From: Candidatus Methylomirabilales bacterium
Lineage (GTDB): Bacteria; Methylomirabilota; Methylomirabilia; Methylomirabilales; CSP1-5
Direction: 5' to 3'
Assembly (NCBI GenBank): GCA_046758505.1
Contig: JBHIAH010000002.1
Span: 59,312 to 123,311, forward strand
DNA: 64,000 nt
Under the pieces are notes generated by a model, which was not told where the DNA came from, searched no databases, and was given only the letters and a program-made list of their open reading frames with translations. Below are positions 59,637 through 64,000 of this stretch, piece after piece (within the stretch, counting starts at the first letter, position 1; each line of letters opens with the position of its first letter). The translations under genes and the position numbers were made by a program.

Positions 59637-60657
59637 CAGGCCTTATGACGGCCGGCTTTCGATGCCGGGCCATTCGGATTGCCACCCGGAGCGCCTCCAG
59701 GAGGCTCTGCGGGCTGGCTGTCCCCTTTCCGGCAATGTCGAAGGCGGTCCCGTGATCCACCGAAGTCCGGATTATCGGCAGCCCCACAGTCACATTGACC
59801 GCCCGACCGAAACTCCGGAGTTTGACAGCGACATGCCCCTGATCGTGATACATCGCGACGACGAAATCGAACCCGCCTCGGGCCGCCCGGTAAAAGAGGG
59901 TATCGGCAGGAAAGGGCCCCGTGGCATCGATCCCCTCTCCTCGGGCCGCCGCCACCGCCGGAGCGATCTCTTCCCGCTCTTCGCCGCCAAAGAGCCCCTC
60001 TTCCCCTGCGTGGGGATTCAGGCCGGCCACGGCGATCCGTGGCCTGGGAAGATCCCATGCCGCTCCGACCTCGTGCGCCAAGCGGACGACCTGCAACACG
60101 CGCTCTTTCTTGACCCGATCACACGCCTCGCGAAGGGGGACATGCGTGGAGACATGGAGCACCCGGAGCCTTCCTGCGACCAACATGAGCGCGTAGTTTC
60201 GGACGCCAGTCCGTTCGGCAAAGATCTCGGTATGCCCCCCGAACGGATAGCCGGCGAGATGCATCGCCTCTTTGTTGAGCGGGGCCGTGACCACCGCATC
60301 GAGCTCACCGGCCCGGGCGAGCTCGATCGCCTTCCAGACGTACTCAACGGCCGCCCGCCCGGCTTGGGCCGAGAGAACGCCCGGGGGACACTGCTCCACT
60401 TCGACATTCTTGAGGTCGAGGACTGCCACCTCTCCCGCGTGGCCGGTTACCTCCCCAACCGAACCGATCCGCCGAACGCCGACAGAGACCCCCACATAGC
60501 CCTGCGCCCGGTCCAAGACGGCGCCGTCCCCCACGACGATCGGGATCGCCTGGCGGGAGATCGCCCCGTGAGCGAGGGCCTTGATGATGATCTCCGGCCC
60601 GATCCCAGCCGGATCGCCCATGGTAATGCCGATGCGTAGCTTCCTTTTCTCCGCCAC
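59623..60657 (-). CDS. pdxA: PdxA family 4-hydroxythreonine-4-phosphate dehydrogenase
   Basis: LRIGITMGDPAGIGPEIIIKA, and SVDHGTAFDIAGKG. GTG at 60657 has GGAGG 5 nt upstream. The listed ATG at 60717 lies inside the heptamer repeat. Confidence 0.85.
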   Translation of the reverse strand: MAEKRKLRIGITMGDPAGIGPEIIIKALAHGAISRQAIPIVVGDGAVLDRAQGYVGVSVGVRRIGSVGEVTGHAGEVAVLDLKNVEVEQCPPGVLSAQAGRAAVEYVWKAIELARAGELDAVVTAPLNKEAMHLAGYPFGGHTEIFAERTGVRNYALMLVAGRLRVLHVSTHVPLREACDRVKKERVLQVVRLAHEVGAAWDLPRPRIAVAGLNPHAGEEGLFGGEEREEIAPAVAAARGEGIDATGPFPADTLFYRAARGGFDFVVAMYHDQGHVAVKLRSFGRAVNVTVGLPIIRTSVDHGTAFDIAGKGTASPQSLLEALRVAIRMARHRKPAVIRPVHGS

Positions 60658-60710
60658 TCGCACCTCCCCGCCGCCGGATTTTAGCACACTCTCTCGTCGG
60701 TGCCAAAGTC

Positions 60711-60836
60711 GGTTCACGGTTCACAGTTCACGGTTGAGGGTCCAACGCCCGAAACTACGGCTTTTGGCCCGGTTCATGGTTCATAGTTCATGGTTCAGTG
60801 GAAACAGAAATTCGCAATCCCCAATTCGAAATTCGA
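60711..60836. repeat. heptamer arrays in the pdxA / sucC-like divergent spacer
   Basis: GGTTCAC GGTTCAC AGTTCAC GGTTGAG GGTCCAA (60711-60745). GGTTCAT GGTTCAT AGTTCAT GGTTCAG (60771-60798, register shifted by 4). AATTCGC AATCCCC AATTCGA AATTCGA (60809-60836). Confidence 0.85.
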
Positions 60837-60916
60837 TATACCCAACCCACGGTCGTCGGTCAACCCTGGGGGGCTTGCTCCTTGAACCGGGCGGGGAAAG
60901 GGTATAAGGTGAATTC

Positions 60917-62125
60917 ATGCGACTCCTCGAACACGAAGCCAAGCGGCTCCTCGCCGCCTGTCAGGTCCCGGTGCCCGCCGGCCTGCTGATCTCATCGGAA
61001 CCCGAACTCACGAGGGCGTGCGGCGCCATCAGGTCTCCTCGCATGCTGAAGGCTCAGATCCCCACGGGGGGACGGGGGAAGGCCGGAGGCGTCGTGAAGG
61101 TCGGCACGTCTGATGAGGGCCTCAGAACAGGCAGGGGCCTCCTCGGCCGATCTCTGCTCGGCCACCCGGTTACCGCGCTACTCCTCGAGGAGCCGGCAGA
61201 GGTCGAGGAGGAACTGTACGCGGCCGTCACGTATGATCCGGTGGCCAGGCGCCCGGTCATGATCCTCAGCCGATCCGGGGGAATCGATGTGGAGGTAAGG
61301 GCCGCCCGATCCCCCGGCGCGGTGCAGACAATGCCCTTCGATCCTTTGGAGGGGTTCCACCCGTTTCGCGCCCGGGAGATCGTCCACCGGCTGGGATTCT
61401 CTGGCACTGAACTGCTCCAGCTTTCTGACCTTCTCTGCCGGCTCGTCGACTGCTTCCGGCGCTTCGAAGCTACGCTCGTCGAGGTGAATCCCCTGGCAAA
61501 AACGCCCCGAGGAGCGTTCGTCGCCCTCGACGCCCGCATCGAACTGGACGAGGATGCCCTGTGCCGGCACCCCGAGCTCGCGGCGCGCCATGACATCCAG
61601 CCGCGGGAATCGGGCGTTCGCCCCGTAACCCCCTTCGAGCAGCAGGCGCGGACCATCGACGCCATGGACCACCGGGGGGTGGCGGGACGGGTGATCGAGT
61701 TTGCGGGAGACCTCGGCCTGCTCATCGGTGGCGGAGGGGCGTCCCTGACCGCCTTTGACGCGATCCTGCGGCACGGGGGGTATCCGGCCAACTACTGCGA
61801 GATCGGCGGCAATCCTTCGGTCAAGAAGCTTCAGGCGTTGACCGCGCTCATCCTCTCCAGACCCCGGGTGAAGAAGCTGGCCGTGATCATGAACGTGGTC
61901 TCCAATACCCGGGCGGACCTAGTGGCTCGGGGGGTGATCAAGGGAGTGCTGGAGCGGGGAATGAAGCCACACGAGACCATCGTCTGCTTCCGGGTCCCCG
62001 GGTCGTGGGAAGATGAAGCGCTGAAGATTTTACGGCGGTATGGGGTAACCCCCTGCGACCGGTCCGTCTCGATTGACGAGGCCGCCCGTCTCGCGGTGCG
62101 CCGGGCACACGGTGAGGCCGCGTGA
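60917..62125 (+). CDS. succinyl-CoA synthetase / ATP-citrate-lyase-like acyl-CoA synthetase, ATP-grasp (beta-type) subunit, divergent
   Basis: MRLLEHEAKRLL..., and GGRGKAGGVVKV. LLIGGGGASLTAFDAILRHGGYPANYCEIGGNP resembles the ACL/CCS type more than the canonical SucC NGAGLAM. Confidence 0.75.
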   Translation: MRLLEHEAKRLLAACQVPVPAGLLISSEPELTRACGAIRSPRMLKAQIPTGGRGKAGGVVKVGTSDEGLRTGRGLLGRSLLGHPVTALLLEEPAEVEEELYAAVTYDPVARRPVMILSRSGGIDVEVRAARSPGAVQTMPFDPLEGFHPFRAREIVHRLGFSGTELLQLSDLLCRLVDCFRRFEATLVEVNPLAKTPRGAFVALDARIELDEDALCRHPELAARHDIQPRESGVRPVTPFEQQARTIDAMDHRGVAGRVIEFAGDLGLLIGGGGASLTAFDAILRHGGYPANYCEIGGNPSVKKLQALTALILSRPRVKKLAVIMNVVSNTRADLVARGVIKGVLERGMKPHETIVCFRVPGSWEDEALKILRRYGVTPCDRSVSIDEAARLAVRRAHGEAA

Positions 62126-62126
62126 G

Positions 62127-62243
62127 ATGACGATGCACCGGGAAATATATCAGTGTGATCTCTGCGGAGCCACGATGCAGGATATTCACTGTAAGCTCGT
62201 CTGCCCTGACTGTGGCTATACGCGCGACTGCTCGGACCCCTAG
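62127..62243 (+). CDS. unlisted 38-aa Cys-rich zinc-ribbon-like protein
   Basis: MTMHREIYQCDLCGATMQDIHCKLVCPDCGYTRDCSDP. Its ATG is 1 nt after the upstream TGA, and its TAG is 3 nt before the downstream ATG. Six Cys including two CxxC pairs. Too short for the supplied ORF track. Confidence 0.55.
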   Translation: MTMHREIYQCDLCGATMQDIHCKLVCPDCGYTRDCSDP

Positions 62244-62246
62244 ACG

Positions 62247-63185
62247 ATGGCGATTCTGGTCGACGAAAAAACACGGATCCTGATTCAGGGGATTACCGGC
62301 CGAGAAGGGGCGGCCATGGCGAAGGACTCCGTGGAGTATGGGGCACAGATCGTGGCGGGCGTCACGCCGGGAAAGGGGGGCCGCCAGATTCACGGGGTGT
62401 CGGTCTATGATTGCGTCAGCCACGCCGTGAAGGAACACGGCATGGACGCGGCGGTGATCGCGGTCCCCCCGCCCTTTGCCAGGGACGCCGCCCTCGAAGC
62501 CCTCTCGTGCGGCATCGGCCTCGTGGTGATCCTCACCGAGCGCATCCCCCGCAAAGATACGGTAGAGATCGTCAGCTTCGCCGCGCAGCAGGGGGCCCAC
62601 GTCATCGGTCCGAACTCGTTAGGAATAATCTCCCCTGGGAAGACGAAAGTCGGTATGATCGGGGGGCCCGCGCAGGACGTGCGGAAGGCCTATCAGCCCG
62701 GCGCGGTCGGCATCATCTCGCGCAGCGGCGGGATGACCACGGAGATCGCCACGCTCCTTACCCTGAACGGCATCGGACAGTCTACCTGTGTGAGCATCGG
62801 GGGGGATCCGATCGTCGGGACCCATTACCTCGACTTGATCCCCCTCTTCGCCCGGGACCCGGCAACGGCAGTAGTGGTGCTCTTCTGCGAGCCTGGTGGC
62901 GGGGCCGAAGAGGCCCTGGCCGACCGGGTCGCCCGAGAGGGGCTCCCCGTGCCGATCGTGGCATTCGTGGCTGGACGGTTTGCCGACCGGATGCCGGGAA
63001 CGCGTTTCGGGCATGCCGCCGTCATGGTGGAGGGGAAGCGCGGGAGTACCCAGGGAAAGATCGAGGCGTTCCGCCGCGCCGGCCTTCCTGTGGCCGAAGA
63101 GCTCACCGGCATAGTCCCTTTGGTCCGGGAGGCCCTCGGACGGGAGAAAAACAGTTCAGGGTTCAGAGTTCATGGTTCAGGGTAA
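62247..63185 (+). CDS. succinyl-CoA synthetase alpha-type (CoA-binding, phosphohistidine) subunit
   Basis: MAILVDEKTRILIQGITGREG, GVTPGKGG, GPNSLGIISPG, SRSGGMTTE and QSTCVSIGGDPI, with the phosphohistidine loop GTRFGHAAVM. The last 11 codons (SSGFRVHGSG) are encoded by the heptamer repeat. Confidence 0.85.
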   Translation: MAILVDEKTRILIQGITGREGAAMAKDSVEYGAQIVAGVTPGKGGRQIHGVSVYDCVSHAVKEHGMDAAVIAVPPPFARDAALEALSCGIGLVVILTERIPRKDTVEIVSFAAQQGAHVIGPNSLGIISPGKTKVGMIGGPAQDVRKAYQPGAVGIISRSGGMTTEIATLLTLNGIGQSTCVSIGGDPIVGTHYLDLIPLFARDPATAVVVLFCEPGGGAEEALADRVAREGLPVPIVAFVAGRFADRMPGTRFGHAAVMVEGKRGSTQGKIEAFRRAGLPVAEELTGIVPLVREALGREKNSSGFRVHGSG

Positions 63186-63187
63186 GG
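63153..63187. repeat. heptamer array overlapping the sucD-like 3' end
   Basis: AGTTCAG GGTTCAG AGTTCAT GGTTCAG GGTAAGG. The TAA stop (63183-63185) lies in the last unit. Confidence 0.85.
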
Positions 63188-63204
63188 GGCACAGAGAAAA
63201 ACAA

Positions 63205-63474
63205 ATGACGGCCGGGGCGGAAATACTGAAAGGCATCTTTATCAGGGTGGCGGTGAACGACCCGGCGTGTCTCGGGATAGAGCAGTGCGGGGACTGTGTG
63301 GGCCTCTGCCCGGTCGATATTTTTTATCCCGTCGGGGACCGGGTCAGCGTGCAGGAGGAAGACGAGTGCACGCTGTGTACCCTGTGCCTCACATGCCCCA
63401 CCGATGCCATCCGGATTGTGAAGCTGTATGAGGATGGGGAGTCCGATGTCCAAAGTCCAACGTCCAAAGTCTAG
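63205..63474 (+). CDS. 2x[4Fe-4S]-type ferredoxin-like protein
   Basis: CLGIEQCGDCVGLCP and CTLCTLCLTCP. The start is uncertain: ATG at 63205, or ATG at 63172 overlapping the upstream gene. The C-terminal DVQSPTSKV is encoded by GTCCAAA-type heptamers. Confidence 0.65.
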   Translation: MTAGAEILKGIFIRVAVNDPACLGIEQCGDCVGLCPVDIFYPVGDRVSVQEEDECTLCTLCLTCPTDAIRIVKLYEDGESDVQSPTSKV

Positions 63475-63714
63475 GACCCTTGGGCGGGGGGCTGGCGGGG
63501 GGCTGGCGGTTGGCGGCTGGTGGCACGGAGTTCAGGGTTGAGGGTTCAGAGTTCATGAGGAGTGGATGGTGGTTGGTAAGGGTCGTGGGTGTTGGGTGTT
63601 AGGTTTGAGTCATGCGCGATCATTACTGAGTGCTGAGGGGCGATTTGGCATTGCTGACCGCTCACTGCTGACGGCCGACCGCTGATTCCATCGGTCGCCG
63701 GTCGTCGGTCACCG
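63441..63714. repeat. 274-nt mosaic of heptamer arrays plus an 11-mer duplication
   Basis: GTCCGAT GTCCAAA GTCCAAC GTCCAAA GTCTAGG. GGGGGGCTGGC x2 (63486-63507). AGTTCAG GGTTGAG GGTTCAG AGTTCAT. GTGGATG GTGGTTG GTAAGGG TCGTGGG TGTTGGG TGTTAGG. TACTGAG TGCTGAG GGGCGAT TTGGCAT TGCTGAC CGCTCAC TGCTGAC GGCCGAC CGCTGAT TCCATCG GTCGCCG GTCGTCG GTCACCG. Confidence 0.88.
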
Positions 63715-63716
63715 AC

Positions 63717-64000
63717 ATGCGAGGAGGCATGGCAGGGACTATCTCCCAAGGACTGGCCAGATTTATCACCGATATCACGATCGACAGGCTGCCGGCCGAG
63801 GTGATCGAGATGACCAAGCTCTGCCTCCTCGACTGGCTGGGCTCCGCCATCGCGGGGGGGATCACTCGGCCCGTCCAGATGTTTCTCCGGGTGGCCACGG
63901 ATCTCGGCGGAAGACCTCAGGCGACCCTGATCCCCGATGGTTCCAAGACCTCGTGCCACCTCGCCGCGCTCGTCAACGCCGCCTCTTCCCACGTCGTGGA
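63717..64000 (+). CDS. MmgE/PrpD family protein (2-methylcitrate dehydratase-like), 3' end outside window
   Basis: An open frame not in the ORF track, because it has no stop in the window: MRGGMAGTISQGLARFITDITIDRLPAEVIEMTKLCLLDWLGSAIAGGITRPVQMFL...ATLIPDGSKTSCHLAALVNAASSHVV. This is a typical MmgE/PrpD N-terminus. The start may be the ATG at 63729. Confidence 0.7.
   Translation, partial: MRGGMAGTISQGLARFITDITIDRLPAEVIEMTKLCLLDWLGSAIAGGITRPVQMFLRVATDLGGRPQATLIPDGSKTSCHLAALVNAASSHVV

Noticed and set aside
54738-63714. Whether the periodic arrays are a CRISPR array.
   Set aside because: The units are 7-8 nt and contiguous, with no repeats of 25-40 nt separated by unique spacers. No cas genes are in the window.

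Overview
The window is a visibly GC-rich bacterial chromosomal segment, almost entirely core metabolism. I saw no integrase, transposase, phage genes or CRISPR array. All calls rest on by-eye motif recognition, since no searches could be run.

**Gene content by region**
- 982-19557 (minus strand): a nine-gene alpha-glucan/trehalose supercluster, treS-mak, malQ, glgB, treZ, glgX, treY, glgE, a duplicated-domain unknown, and treT. Three junctions are ATGA start/stop overlaps.
- 19.8-23 kb: small membrane-anchored coiled-coil proteins, tRNA-Val and glgC.
- 23-28 kb: a tetR-MFP-RND efflux operon with a perfect palindromic operator.
- 28-33 kb: an enolase-family gene remnant, an AT-rich consensus promoter driving hsp20, prmA, an AhpD/CMD-family gene interrupted by an in-frame TGA, trxB and trxA. 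The TGA sits exactly at the redox Cys position and has a SECIS-like hairpin downstream, so this is a candidate selenoprotein.
- 33-38.6 kb: glgP, corA and a Kef-type CPA2 antiporter.
- 38.9-50.5 kb (minus strand): a complete oxidative and non-oxidative pentose-phosphate cluster, tkt, rpiB, tal-pgi fusion, gnd, zwf, opcA, pgl, glk.
- 50.9-57 kb: a threonine-synthase-like gene and an AorABC-type tungsten aldehyde:ferredoxin oxidoreductase operon, followed by a MoaD-cupin fusion with an internal Gly-Gly.
- 57-64 kb: dedA, a secreted NxxGxxAF-repeat protein, pdxA, and a sucC-like / 38-aa zinc ribbon / sucD-like / ferredoxin / PrpD-like cluster.

**Most unusual signal**
The most unusual feature is non-coding. 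Between 54.7 and 63.7 kb, seven of the eight intergenic spacers longer than 15 nt are built from tandem degenerate heptanucleotide words, such as GGTTCAT, GTCCGAA, TCACCAG, ACGACTG and TGCTGAC.
- The words often stay in one unbroken 7-nt register across different word families. The longest run is 37 heptads, 259 nt.
- Blocks are arranged as inverted pairs, bracket whole genes, and supply the last codons of three ORFs.
- A related 8-mer family (GCTRGGAN) forms nested inverted arrays at two convergent gene junctions.
- The only analogue I know is the cyanobacterial STRR heptamers. I cannot match this mosaic to a described element class.
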